Assembly (NCBI GenBank): GCA_963837175.1
Contig: CAWIMJ010000046.1
Location: 73,034 to 137,033 of the forward strand
From: an uncultured Nitrososphaeraceae archaeon
GTDB lineage: Archaea; Thermoproteota; Nitrososphaeria; Nitrososphaerales; Nitrososphaeraceae
Reading direction: 5' to 3'
DNA length: 64,000 nt
In this document: piece by piece, positions 33,216 through 45,123 of the stretch
Layout: the number at the start of each line of letters is the position of its first letter
Numbering within the stretch: the first letter of the stretch is position 1
Notes under the pieces: generated by a model
Told to the model about the DNA's origin: nothing
The model's input: only the letters and a program-made list of their open reading frames with translations
Database searches by the model: none
Position numbers and translations under genes: made by a program

Positions 33216-33605
33216 GTCTCTTCTTCAGGTCATTTGGTTTGATTCCCTTTATATTTTAATAAAATAAATAAAAATTTTGTGTAACCTTTATTTATTATTA
33301 TTTCAGTATACACTCGTTATTATACTCTTAGATGCACTGTTTTGGACCAGCTTTGGTCTATGATGATTTTAATTACTGCTAAAAGTAAATTAATTAATGA
33401 GAAATCTGCAACTGAATATATAGTTATCAATATATCTGAATTTATAGTAGCTATTAATATCCTATCACTTCGAGTATATTAATACATCAAAGGCTGGCTC
33501 AACAACAGTACGTAATACGGCTACGGCTTTACAACAAGAAAATAATAGGTATGAAAAGATGGCAGAAGAAGAAAGTAAAGAATACGCTGACATGGCAATG
33601 CAGAG

Positions 33606-34202
33606 TTAATTGTGTGGTGCTATAAATTCTCTATGTCTTCTTTCGTATTCAGTGATTTGTGAGTCGAATTGTAATGTAATTCCTATTTCATCTAGACCTT
33701 CAAGCAATGTCTTTTTTCTAGATTCATCTATCTCGAAGTTCATAATTTTGGAGCCAACTATTATCTGTTGGTTGGACAAGTCGATCTCAATATCCACATC
33801 ATCAGCAGTTATAAACATAACATCTACTTCTTTATGACTAAGCCTAACTGGCAAAATTCCATTTTTGAAGCAATTATTATAGAAAATATCAGCAAAAGAC
33901 GGTGCAATCACTGCCCTGAATCCATAATCTAGAATAGCCCATGCAGCATGCTCTCTTGAACTTCCGCAACCAAAATTATCACGCGTAAGCAATATCTGTC
34001 TACCAGCATATTTCGGATCATTTAACACAAAATTACTTTTCGGTTTTCCATCTTTATCAAACCGCCAATCATAAAATAGATACCCACCATAGCCAGTTTT
34101 CTGAACTAGTTTAAGAAATTGCTTTGGAATTATTTGATCCGTATCAACATTAACCATGTCAAGCGGAGTTGCTTTGCTTTTAATAATTCTAAAAGGTTCC
34201 AT
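33606..34202 (-). CDS. leuD: 3-isopropylmalate dehydratase small subunit
   Basis: NVDTDQIIPKQFL, NFGCGSSREHAAWA, APSFADIFYNNCFKNG. Confidence 0.96.
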   Translation of the reverse strand: MEPFRIIKSKATPLDMVNVDTDQIIPKQFLKLVQKTGYGGYLFYDWRFDKDGKPKSNFVLNDPKYAGRQILLTRDNFGCGSSREHAAWAILDYGFRAVIAPSFADIFYNNCFKNGILPVRLSHKEVDVMFITADDVDIEIDLSNQQIIVGSKIMNFEIDESRKKTLLEGLDEIGITLQFDSQITEYERRHREFIAPHN

Positions 34203-34262
34203 TGTTTCAATCGGCTCCGTTATTTCAATTCTTTCTTATCTTCATTTTCGAGTCCGCTCTTC

Positions 34263-35687
34263 TTACAACCATTCTCTCACATCTACAAAGTGTCCTTCGA
34301 TTGCAGAAGCGGCTGCCATAATTGGGCTTACGAGATGGGTTCTTCCACCGCTTCCCTGTCTTCCTTCAAAGTTGCGATTAGAAGTACTTGCACAGCGTTC
34401 GCCAGACTCAAGTATATCAGAATTCATTCCAAGGCACATGCTGCAACCAGATTCTCGCCATTCAAAGCCAGCATCTTTAAAAACTTTGTCTAAACCTATC
34501 TTTTCTGCTTGCATTTTTACCTGTTGTGAACCAGGAACTACCATTGCTCTAACTTTGGATGACACCTTTCTTCCTTTTATCACAATTGATGCTTCCAGTA
34601 GGTCTTCTAATCGAGAGTTAGTACATGAGCCAATGAACACACGGTCTAATGGAATATTTGTAATAGGCGTACCAGGTTCAAGACCCATATATCGTAAAGC
34701 ACGTAATGCAGATTTTCTCTCGTTTTCATTACCCTGTGCAAAATCTTCAGGGTATGGAATCGAACTGGTGACATCAATGGCCATTGAAGGATTAGTTCCC
34801 CAACTGACTTGTGGAGCAAGATCATTAATATTTACAGTAATAGATTTATCAAATGGTGCATTATAGTCAGTTTTCAAATTCTCTCGCCAAAAATCAACCA
34901 TTTTTTCAAACTGTTCATCCTGTGGAGCATACGTTCTTCCTCTGATATAATCGAAAGTAATTTCATCAGGCGCTATCAATCCTGCTCTAGCTCCAGCTTC
35001 AATGGACATATTGCATATAGTCATTCTCTGTTCCATAGAAAGTTCAGCTATTGCTTTGCCTTTGTATTCTATAACAGTGCCTGCACTGCCTGAAGTTCCT
35101 ATCTTTCTAATAATGGAAAGTATCATATCTTTAGCAGTAACAGCATGTGAATTTTTACGGCGACCTGTAAAATTAATTGCAAATGTTTTGGGTTTATCTA
35201 GCCATATACACTGGGTAGCCAAAACATGTTCAACTTCACTGGTACCTATACCAAACGCGAATGTACCAAAAGCACCATGCGTTGAGGTATGACTATCGCC
35301 ACAAACAATTACCATTCCCGGAAGAGTGATACCAAGCTCAGGACCAATGACGTGAACTATGCCTTGATTTGGATTTTTAATATCAAAAAGTGTAATCCCA
35401 AATTCTTTGCAATTTTGTGCTAAGGTCTGAATCTGTACAGAAGAAATTTGATCAATTAACGGAAATGATCTGTCTTTTGTTGGCACGTTATGATCCATGG
35501 TTGCAAATGTTAGATTAGGGCGTCTCACTTTTCTATGATTTAAACGAAGGCCATCAAACGCTTGTGGTGAAGTAACCTCATGAATTAAATGGCGATCTAC
35601 ATATATTAGAAATGGCCCGCTATCATTTTCTTTTGTAGTAGTTATAACATGACTCTTCCAAATCTTCTCTAATAGCGTCTTTGGCAT
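34263..35687 (-). CDS. leuC: 3-isopropylmalate dehydratase large subunit
   Basis: [64 protein letters not shown]. Confidence 0.97.
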   Translation of the reverse strand: MPKTLLEKIWKSHVITTTKENDSGPFLIYVDRHLIHEVTSPQAFDGLRLNHRKVRRPNLTFATMDHNVPTKDRSFPLIDQISSVQIQTLAQNCKEFGITLFDIKNPNQGIVHVIGPELGITLPGMVIVCGDSHTSTHGAFGTFAFGIGTSEVEHVLATQCIWLDKPKTFAINFTGRRKNSHAVTAKDMILSIIRKIGTSGSAGTVIEYKGKAIAELSMEQRMTICNMSIEAGARAGLIAPDEITFDYIRGRTYAPQDEQFEKMVDFWRENLKTDYNAPFDKSITVNINDLAPQVSWGTNPSMAIDVTSSIPYPEDFAQGNENERKSALRALRYMGLEPGTPITNIPLDRVFIGSCTNSRLEDLLEASIVIKGRKVSSKVRAMVVPGSQQVKMQAEKIGLDKVFKDAGFEWRESGCSMCLGMNSDILESGERCASTSNRNFEGRQGSGGRTHLVSPIMAAASAIEGHFVDVREWL

Positions 35688-35785
35688 CCTATTGATTAAG
35701 TCATATCGGAAATATAATCATATGCAGAAACTATTAATGATATTGATAATGCTTAAATTTGGTATTGATTCTGCTATTTCATATA

Positions 35786-36446
35786 ATGCATCCCCAAGAC
35801 ACCAGATACTCCGACTATATCGTCGAGCAAATCAAAAAAGGAACTACTACTTGTGCATTGATATGCAAGGATGGCGTAGTTCTAGCTGCGGATACAAGAG
35901 CAAGTGCAGGTTTCTTTATTGCCGATAGACATGTAATGAAAATTCAGAAAGTTGATAGACATATAGGTATGACAATTGCGGGTGGTGTGGCTGACGCCCA
36001 GAACCTTGTTGACGTTATGCGTTACAATGCAAACATCTATAGGATTTCAAATAGAGAAGTAATGCCTGTAAGTTCAGCTGCAAGACTCTGTTCTAATGTA
36101 TTATTCAATCAAAGATACTTTCCATATTATGTCCAGATTATTCTGGCTGGATATGACAATAAAGGAGGTGGACAGATCTATAACATTGATCTCTTTGGCT
36201 CAATGACAACTGAAAAGTTCATTTCTACTGGCAGCGGCTCTCCTGTAGCCTATGGCTATCTTGAATCCGAATACAAAGAAGCATCAAGTGTGAATGAGGC
36301 TTATAAAATAGCAATACAGGCAATTGCTGGCAGCGATTAGACGAAATTCAGGTACGGGCGATAACATCAATGCAGTTATTATAGATAAAGATGGCTATCG
36401 CGAGTTATCGAATGAGGTAAAAGAAGCTGTTGGTGCGGTCTACTAA
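35786..36446 (+). CDS. psmB: Proteasome beta subunit (indel at ~36330)
   Basis: Propeptide then KG|TTT, LAADTRAS, IAGGVADAQ, TGSGSPVAYG; the alternative frame continues AIRRNSGTGDNINAV to a stop at 36446. Confidence 0.95.
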
Positions 36447-36649
36447 TAGATGTGAGGATATATCTTTTCTAAGATATTCTAATATATATAAATAAAGCTA
36501 ATAACGGAAACAAAAAGGAAATAGATTCCAGTTAAATAATATTAAGAGAATTTTTATTTGTTTCTATAGCTTTACATTTTAACTCTTAATGCCAAAATAT
36601 ATTCTCCATGCTATATAATATTCTCCTTTTAGAATAAAATATTCTGTTT

Positions 36650-38300
36650 ATGCTGTCTAATAATATAAATTTTCGAGATGATTTCTCTAAGGAAGAAAAA
36701 CTAGTTCTTAATTCCCATTTTTCCAACACTGATAGACGAGTTTTTGCAATAATAACACCCAGACAGGTAGATAGAGGAGCATTAATGTCAAGGTATTCTA
36801 GAACAGATAAAACCATGCGGCGTATTTTTTTAGATGAATTTATAAAAAACCCAAATAGAGGGCAAGAATTCTACGAAAGAATATTATTAGAATATGGAGA
36901 CGATTCAGTCGCAGAACTTGGGGAAGCACAAGTTGCGATAGAATGGATATCAAATATTGCTGCAAAGAAGATTGAAGACCATCGAATTGGGCTCTCTTAC
37001 CTTGAAAAATCTTCGCGGTATGTGGCATTTGATCGAAAAATCAATGGCCATTATAAGTACTGTAGAGAAGAGAATATTATGCAGTCACCCTTTGCTGATC
37101 AATACATCCAGGCTTGCGATCATGCTTTTGATGTATATAGCAAGAATATCCAATCAATGCAGAAATTTATTTCTGAAACAGAACCAATTGAGCGCTTCTT
37201 ATTTTTCGATTTTATATCAAAACAAGAAACAGCCTATAGCAATTTGAAAAGTCAAAAAGATATTGAATCTGCACAGAGAGTATATAATTCGACGATCAGA
37301 TCCAAGACGCTTGATACTCTCCGTGGGCTGTTGCCAGCATCTACTCTTACTAATTTGGCCATCACAGGAAATGGAAGAGCATTTGAATATCTGCTATCAA
37401 GCATGTTCGCTTCAAATTTGAAAGAAATGAAAATGCTAGCAAGTCAACTGCATTCAGAACTCAATCTGGTTATTCCCGCCTTCATAAAGAGAGTAAATGA
37501 CAAGTATGGGCAGGCTTTACAAGCATATCTAACGGATACAAGGAGCACCATAAGTGAACTTGCTCACTATTATATAAAAAATATTAAAGCAGATAAAAAT
37601 CCCCATTCTGTAAAGCTCGCTGAATTATGAAGATAATTGTGAAGCCGAAATAAAAGTGGCCTCTGCTATTCTATACGAACAGGCCAGCGGCCAATCTCTT
37701 GAAAAAATTACACATTATATCCGGTCTATTCCTGCTTATGATAGATACAAGATAATTCAAACTTACACAAAACTCCGGGCTAATCGAAGATACCGACCTG
37801 GTAGAGCATTTGAAATGGTAGAATATACATTTGAAATGTTCACAAACTTTGGCATGTTTCGTGACCTACATCGACATAGGATTCTTACTATGGAAAGACA
37901 GTTGCTCTCTACAAGACACGGCTATGATATTCCGGCAGAAATTATTAACCTTGGCATTGCCAAAGATTTCAAAGACTGCATGTATAAATGTAATGAGATT
38001 TATGAAATGATCTCAAAGAAATACCCTACAGAGGCCCAATATGTTGTTAATTTTGCATACAAATACCCCTATTTTGTAAAACTCAATTTGCGGGAAGCTT
38101 GTCATATGATTGAATTAAGAACTGTTCCTCAAGGGCATCCTGATTATCGTAAAGTGTGTCAGAAAATGTATAAACAAATAAAACGTGTTCATCCTATATT
38201 GGCTAAAGGAATAAAATTTGTTGACTTAAGAAAATATGAATTAGAGAGATTACACGCTGAGAAAAATGTAGAAAAGAAAAGACGTGGACTAATAACCTAA
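36650..38300 (+). CDS. thyX: FAD-dependent thymidylate synthase, long two-domain form (indel at ~37617)
   Basis: [34 protein letters not shown] in the first ORF; [27 protein letters not shown] in the second. Confidence 0.9.
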
Positions 38301-38698
38301 ACAAATAACAAGAGAATTGTTGTCAAATAGCGGAGCATAATTTTTTATCTAGTGCTCCATTCTCCTAAACATACATTTTATAGTAGATCATCATTATATA
38401 ATGTTATATAATAATTATAATTCTAGAGAATATTCTAATAAAGTAAGATAGAATTAACATAAATTACTCAATTAATATATAATATCTTATTTTTAGCCTA
38501 CTTGATGGTAGTGTGTCCAGAGATTAGTTAAAAATGGAAATGCAGAAAATTTGGTTAATGGAAAATATACTTCTAATTAGGAGATTTTTATAGGGCTTCT
38601 ATATAGCACATATAGAAATTTTCTATAATAAAATTTAGGATTATAATTCATATTATGAATATACAATCGTTAAAAGCCATTCCAGTATTTTATAGTCA

Positions 38699-38953
38699 AT
38701 GCGTAAAAGAATAGTATCTACGACAATAGTCTTAACGTTGTGTTTTGGGCTCATTTTAGGAACTATAGGTTCTGCAGGATCAGTAGTGGCACAAGAATAT
38801 CAAACAACCACAGCAGTTAATCAAACAGATGGAAGTAATATTACAAGTAATGGTGGCACGACTTCTGGTAATGCTACTACAGCCGAACAGTTCGAGAATA
38901 TAACCCATGGAGGTGGGCCTGGTGCTGGTGCAACAAATCAATCTGAAAGATAA
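38699..38953 (+). CDS. Small secreted Thr/Gly/Asn-rich protein
   Basis: Signal peptide MRKR-hydrophobic-VVAQ, then a low-complexity tail with five N-x-S/T sequons. Confidence 0.65.
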   Translation: MRKRIVSTTIVLTLCFGLILGTIGSAGSVVAQEYQTTTAVNQTDGSNITSNGGTTSGNATTAEQFENITHGGGPGAGATNQSER

Positions 38954-39463
38954 AGATAAAAGACAATCAGAAATTCCTTGTTGCTAAGAAAAAGACAACA
39001 GAAAAAAATTTTTTCAAAATTCTTTTTTAACTATATAGTTTTATATATCAATTGTTTAACTTGGAAATTATTCAAAATCATAACATTGTCTTTTCTTTAT
39101 TTTCTTTGTAGTAGTCATTTAACTACCCACTATACATTAGTTAACAAATACAACAGAGTATCAAATTCATGATACACATCATTATTATTATAGCCAGTGC
39201 CAACGATCAGCGCAAGTATACAATAAGTGATTCAACATGTTCAATCTGCAGTTCCTGCTAATGATTATCTAATATATCAAACTATTTTTCTTAAAATTGC
39301 TACTTGATTCTAAATAAGTCAATGATTATAATAATAGAAGTTTATAGTCTATTCAATATATTATTACTATCTTTCAAATATATCCGCACAGGAAAAAGTG
39401 TTATTTTACTATAATTGATGGGTCACAATTGATTTATTTTATAAAAAAAAGGAGGATTCCTTT

Positions 39464-40984
39464 CTATTCAGTTACATATGCTCTTTCGCCGTGTTGTGCC
39501 AGATCCAGTCCAATTTCTTCTTCTTTTGGTGAAACTCTGATTCCACCTGGCCACACCTTATCCATGATCTTGATAATTAGTGCGGTGATACCCATTGCCC
39601 ATGCTAAAGCTGCAAATGCCCCGACAGCGTTTTCATAGAGTTGTGCGGGGTTTCCAAAAACAAGGCCGTTGTCTCCCCATGGCGTAAATCTTTTTTCAGC
39701 AAATAGTCCGGTAGATAATGCTCCTGCAAGTCCGCCAATACCATGTACACCCCATGTATCTAGTGCATCATCCCATTTGCGTTTGTTCTTGAACATTACT
39801 GCCGCATAGCAAACAAGCGAAGCTATTATACCAATGATAAGTGCAGACATTGGCGATACAAATCCAGAGGCAGGCGTAATGGCTACTAGGCCAGCTACAG
39901 CACCAGATGCTGCACCCACAGTAGATGGTCTTCCTGTATGAGCCCATGATATTAATGCCCAAGTTACTGCTGCCGTACCAGTTGCTATTTGGGTTGCAAC
40001 AAATGCACTTGTTGCATTTGTGGCGGCTGCTGCAGCGGACCCAGCATTGAATCCAAACCAACCAGTCCATAGGCAGCGCTGCTCCTAAGACTACCATACC
40101 TATATTGTGGGGTTCCATCGGTATCTTTCCATATCCTAGTCTACGCCCAAGCATCAGAGCAATTACTAATCCAGACCAGCCTGAAGTAATATGAATTACA
40201 GTTCCTCCCGCAAAGTCAAGTGATCCTAAGACAACCAGTCCAACCAAACCCACAATAACCAGGATTTGCACCATAATTATCTGGTGCAAGTTCCCATGTC
40301 CAGTGAGCAGCAAAGTCATAGACAAATGTTGCCCAGAGAACTATAAAAACTATAAATGCACTAAATTTCATTCGTTCTGCCAATGCTGCCACAATCAGAG
40401 CTGGTGTAATTATTGCGAACATCATCTGAAATATCATATAAGTCTGATGTGGAATTGTAGTGTCCCACAATCGCACATAAATTATTCGGTCCTATGCCCC
40501 CGTATGCAATTGATGGAACATCATGAAGAACGTTATTCAAACCTGCCCAATCAAGTGTGCCTATAAATCCATATCCCCCTGCGTCTGGTCCAAACGCCAA
40601 TGAGTATCCGAATAATGCCCATTGCATTGCAATTACTCCTGTCGTTATGAATACCATATGTAGTGTGTTTACTGCATTCTTTTGTCTTGCTAAACCACCA
40701 TAAAAGATAGCCAAGCCAGCAGGAGTCATCATTAACACAAGTGCTGAAGATGTCAGCATCCAAGCATTGTCTCCATGATCTATCGGACAGGGAATTAGAT
40801 TTCCTTCAGCAGTCTTATTATAACTCCCATCCTTGTTTTTCTCAAAGCACTGATATTTCACAGCAGGATCGTCTTCTGTATAGGCTAATGCGTTGCCTAA
40901 CAAATTTACTGAAAACAATCCTGTCAATCCAACACCAACAAGAATCAATAGAATTAATCTTGATCCTATCCCCTTTGGTATCAT
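39464..40984 (-). CDS. amt: Ammonium transporter (Amt), split by several indels
   Basis: [92 protein letters not shown] across four ORF pieces. Confidence 0.95.
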
Positions 40985-41968
40985 TATCTGCAGATTCAGT
41001 ATAGAACTATAAATAATATTATTAGTTTCTTATTATTTACAATGTGATAATAAATATTAGAAAATACTAAAAAAGTATTTTTTATAATTGGTGGATGATA
41101 ATTATTCTTATTTATAAAATTTAGTATATTATTTTTTCTTTTGCTTTTTAAGTTTAATTATATTATTTATTAGTGTTTTAATAAACTTGTTTATATCATT
41201 AAAACCTAGAATAATTTTATGAAACAAAATAAGTTAATACAATGGTTCAAGTTTTCATTAACAGTTTGGTCGTCATCTTCATTAATTCATATTTATGACT
41301 TAAAAAATAAGCGCCTTTCTAAGCAAGCAATACATAGAGAATTATCCTTCTTAAATCATTAATATTTTAATAAATAGTAACCAACAACACTACTAGATGG
41401 AGTCTTTCCACACCTCGTTGTAAAAGCTTCAATACCTTTAAGAAAATGCACACCATTACATTTTTCAATGGGTAACACATGCCTAATTCCAAATGACTTT
41501 TTTGTGATGACAAGAAATATCTTGACTGCAAATGACAGTTATCCAAAGAAAAGTAGTACCATCTTATGATTTACTAAAATATGAATTCGGTAACTAAGCA
41601 TTAGAAGAATTTGAATAAAGAGTATTACTTTCTATAAAATTTTAAATGTATATGAGTTTTCGTTGAACGAACAGCTTTTCTTTCATCTTGTAAATACAGC
41701 CTGAATTACTAGGATCTATATATATGGTGTTTTAGCATATGTTGATGGCATATTAACCAATTCTTTCCGACATAACTTGAAATAGCCGAGGTAAGATTAT
41801 TTTTAATGATAGAATAAAAAGATTGAACGCTAGTTGATATCAATAAAACGGTATTGTTTGTATGAGCTCATTCTCATCAATGGGATTAGATATTGTATGA
41901 AAGTAAACTATATTTTGTGTTTAGGTAGATTTTTATGGATGCTATAAGAACAAATCCATTGAATTAGA

Positions 41969-42632
41969 TTGACGTCCTCTCCATCTGTCAATATTCTTGA
42001 GAGAGCAGATGAAAAAATTGTGATTAAATTTAATAATGTTCCAAGACAGTATGTAAATGCTATTAGAAGAATTTCGATAAGCGAAGTACCTACTTTAGCT
42101 ATAGATGATGTTGTAATTTTAGAGAATTCATCGGTTATGCACGATGAAGCAATTGCACATAGACTAGGTCTTGTCCCATTACAAACAAATCTATCAAGAT
42201 TTGTAATGCCTCATGAATGCGATTGTAAGAGTACATTGGGCTGCTCAAAGTGCAGGGTATTATTAGTGTTAGATTCAGAGGCAAATGAAAAAACCAAAGT
42301 TGTCACGTCTGGAGAGCTCGTGTCTGAAGACGAGCATATAAAGCCAGTTAGCAAAGATATTCCAATTATCACTCTTGCTCCAGGTCAGAAACTGAAATTT
42401 GAGGCTTATGCCCGACTAGGAATTGGAAGAGATCATGCAAAATGGCAGCCAACTTCAGGCAGCAATTGTTAAAGATGGAAAGGATGGGAACGAATCTATC
42501 CTTGTTATTGAGACTAACAAAGCATTAACAGCAGAAGAAACACTGATGGCAGCTATTGACAAAATAAATTCTAAAATTAAGAACTTCAACCATATAATCC
42601 AACATCTTGAAATACCTAAGAATTCCTCCTAG
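41969..42632 (+). CDS. rpoD: DNA-directed RNA polymerase subunit D (Rpo3), indel at ~42459
   Basis: NAIRR..SEVPTLAID, NSSVMHDEAIAHRLGLVPL, Zn motif CDC..GCSKC, PIITLAPGQ, GRDHAKWQP. Confidence 0.95.
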
Positions 42633-42682
42633 GTACATTTATTTGGGGATTCAAGATAAATGACGGAGACGAAGAATAAATT

Positions 42683-43033
42683 ATGCTTGTTAACACTTTA
42701 ATGGATAATACGATCTGGACTCTTCGTAGAGCTTTCAAAAAGAGTAAAGCTCAAATTTGGAGGGCTCTTGAATACGAGCTTTCAAGTCGAAGATCAAATA
42801 GAAGAGAAGTTAATGTCGGTCGATTGTCAGATATTACCAAAGATGATGAAGTAGTTATTATTCCTGGTAAGGTATTAGGTTCTGGTGTGATAGATCATAA
42901 ATTAACAATTTGTACCTTTTCAATCTCGGAAGGAGCGGCAAAAAAGATATTAGAATCTGGGGGAAATATTATAACACTTGATAGCTTGATAGATAAATAT
43001 CCTGATGGTAATGGAGTGCGCATAATTGGCTAA
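42683..43033 (+). CDS. rpl18e: 50S ribosomal protein L18e
   Basis: IWRAL..RSNRREVNVGRL, VIIPGKVLGSG; operon position. Confidence 0.95.
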   Translation: MLVNTLMDNTIWTLRRAFKKSKAQIWRALEYELSSRRSNRREVNVGRLSDITKDDEVVIIPGKVLGSGVIDHKLTICTFSISEGAAKKILESGGNIITLDSLIDKYPDGNGVRIIG

Positions 43034-43532
43034 TAAAGAAGAATTGCTAAAAAGATCATCTTCACAGGCAGTACAGAACAAACAAATAGTAGTTGACGTA
43101 GCTAATTGCATCTCTGGTAGAATTTGCTCTCATGTTTCAAAACTATTGCTTCAGGGAAATAGAGTCGCAATTGTAAATGCTGAAAAAGCTATGCTATCTG
43201 GAAAGAGATACAAAACAATCGAGCTCTACAAAGAACACCTTGAAATTAACTCAGTCACAAATCCAATTCATGGCCCTTTCCATCCTAGAAGACCTGATAC
43301 AATACTAACGAAAATGGTAAGGGGTATGATACCAAAACGCAAGAGTAGTGGCATAGAAGCTTTTAAACGATTAAGAGTATACATAGGCATTCCTGAATAC
43401 TTAAAGAATACAGAGATGGAATATTACGACGACTCAAAGATTACAAAACCATCATCCTATTATATTACAGTTGGCGAAGTAGCAAAAGAAATTGGATGGT
43501 CTGGCATAGGAGTAGAGCCAATAGATGAATAA
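43026..43532 (+). CDS. rpl13: 50S ribosomal protein L13
   Basis: VDVANCISGR, NAEKAMLSG, GPFHPRRPD, VRGMIP, RLRVYIGIP. Confidence 0.96.
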   Translation: MANKEELLKRSSSQAVQNKQIVVDVANCISGRICSHVSKLLLQGNRVAIVNAEKAMLSGKRYKTIELYKEHLEINSVTNPIHGPFHPRRPDTILTKMVRGMIPKRKSSGIEAFKRLRVYIGIPEYLKNTEMEYYDDSKITKPSSYYITVGEVAKEIGWSGIGVEPIDE

Positions 43533-43968
43533 AATAGATCTTTATCCAGGTCAAAGAAAAACATGTCGAGCTGTAGCCACAATTTCTAAAGGAAGAGGCA
43601 AAGTCAGAATCAATAACATACCTGTGGAACTTTTACAACCAACAGTAGCTAAGGAATTAGTGATAACACCTCTCCTCCTAATAGGAGAATTGAGAAATAA
43701 GATTGATATAAATGTCAATGTAGAAGGAGGAGGATTCATGGGGCAGGCTTTTGCAAGTGCTGTTGCTATTTCTAAAGCTCTAACTGGCGAAGGAAAAGGA
43801 GGAAGAGATCCAAAAGATCATCCGTTAGCAAAAAATGTACGTGAAGAAATTAGGAGAAAAATTACTGAATTTGATAGACACTTTCTTGCAGGTGATCCAA
43901 GACAGAGCGAATCCAAGAAGTTTGGAGGGCCTGGAGCTAGACGGAGAAAGCAGAAATCGTACCGTTAA
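43525..43968 (+). CDS. rps9: 30S ribosomal protein S9
   Basis: GQRKT, GGGFMGQA, DPRQSESKKFGGPGARRRKQKSYR. Confidence 0.97.
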   Translation: MNKIDLYPGQRKTCRAVATISKGRGKVRINNIPVELLQPTVAKELVITPLLLIGELRNKIDINVNVEGGGFMGQAFASAVAISKALTGEGKGGRDPKDHPLAKNVREEIRRKITEFDRHFLAGDPRQSESKKFGGPGARRRKQKSYR

Positions 43969-44075
43969 TTCTGCTTTTCTATTTTATTTATTATCTATAT
44001 TGATAACAATGCAAAATTAATTCATCCATTACCCCTTACGCTTATTTCTCTACTTCTAACAACAAATATAGTCTA

Positions 44076-44128
44076 TAATAATGAATAATAATGATAATAA
44101 TAAAATAATAATAATAATAATAATAATA
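44076..44128. repeat. Imperfect (AAT)n microsatellite
   Basis: taataatgaataataatgataataataaaataataataataataataataata between rps9 and the SBDS gene. Confidence 0.8.
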
Positions 44129-44323
44129 TCTATGAAATATGATAATATTCGAAATTATGTCTTATCAGGTGGCTTGGTGAGATCATAGAATTTAGGATGT
44201 TTCGTATATGATATATTTTGTTGAATGGAACGAATAGTCTTCATGAAATCTTTAGGTCATAAATTAGAATAGTTATCGATTGACATGCATATATAAGTGC
44301 AAGGCAATTTAATTTACAGACTA

Positions 44324-45013
44324 ATGACAGATACCAAGTTAACTGTTGTTCGACTAACCATGGATGGCGATAAATTTGAAATTTTAGTAAAACCCGATCC
44401 CGCTCTAGAATACAAACTGGGTAGAAGAACGGACCTTTCCAGCGTCCTTATTGCTGATGAGATATATTCAGATGCAAATAAAGGTTCAAGGGCAGCCAGT
44501 GAAAAGTTGACAAAACATTTCAAAACAGCAGATCCTACAGAAATTGCTAAACAAATCCTTTCTCGGGGTGAACTTAGTTTGACAACCGATCAGCGTCGAA
44601 AAATAGTAGAAGACAAGAAGAAGCAAATTATTCAGTATATTAATAAAAGTTTTGTAGATCCTAAGACACATATTCCACATCCAATTTTGAGAATCGAAAG
44701 TGCAATGGATGAGGTAAGAGTTATTATTGATCCATTCAAGAGAGCCGAAGATCAGGCTAAGACTGTAGTTGATGCGCTTCGGAAGATTTTGCCCCTAAAA
44801 TCGGAAATTTTGCGATTAACGGTAACAGTTCCACCAGAATTTTCTGCACAATCCTACAATGTATTTAAAACTATTGGGAATTTTAAGGGAGAGCATTGGC
44901 TGGAGAATGGTTCTTTAAGAGTCACATTAGAAATAAATGCAGGAATGAAGGGCACCTTCCTAGATAGAATAGGATCTATAACAAAGGGTTCTGCTCAGGT
45001 ATTAGAAGAATAG
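44324..45013 (+). CDS. Ribosome maturation factor SBDS/Sdo1
   Basis: GDKFEILV.PD, IYSDANKG, GELSLTTDQRR, DPKTHIPHP.RIE; sits at the head of the exosome operon. Confidence 0.95.
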   Translation: MTDTKLTVVRLTMDGDKFEILVKPDPALEYKLGRRTDLSSVLIADEIYSDANKGSRAASEKLTKHFKTADPTEIAKQILSRGELSLTTDQRRKIVEDKKKQIIQYINKSFVDPKTHIPHPILRIESAMDEVRVIIDPFKRAEDQAKTVVDALRKILPLKSEILRLTVTVPPEFSAQSYNVFKTIGNFKGEHWLENGSLRVTLEINAGMKGTFLDRIGSITKGSAQVLEE

Positions 45014-45123
45014 ATAATTTCGATACTTAAAATATAAGTATGTTCTCACTGACCCAAAAGGTAGAAAAACGATGAAAAGAATCATTTCGTATATTGAGGC
45101 GTTTACATTGGAGGTTATTTATT

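Noticed and set aside
34156-35292. Long plus-strand ORFs antisense to leuC (and similar shadows over thrC, fusA, rrp41/42 and the kinase)
   Set aside because: They are antisense shadows of well-supported genes and carry no motifs.
37625-37635. TGA at the thyX break as selenocysteine readthrough (given the SelD-like gene)
   Set aside because: The downstream part is in a different frame, and a single-base deletion restores the gene without the TGA.
43969-44323. tRNA or rpoN expected after rps9
   Set aside because: No cloverleaf or GC-rich stem and no RpoN ORF; only AT-rich DNA with a microsatellite.
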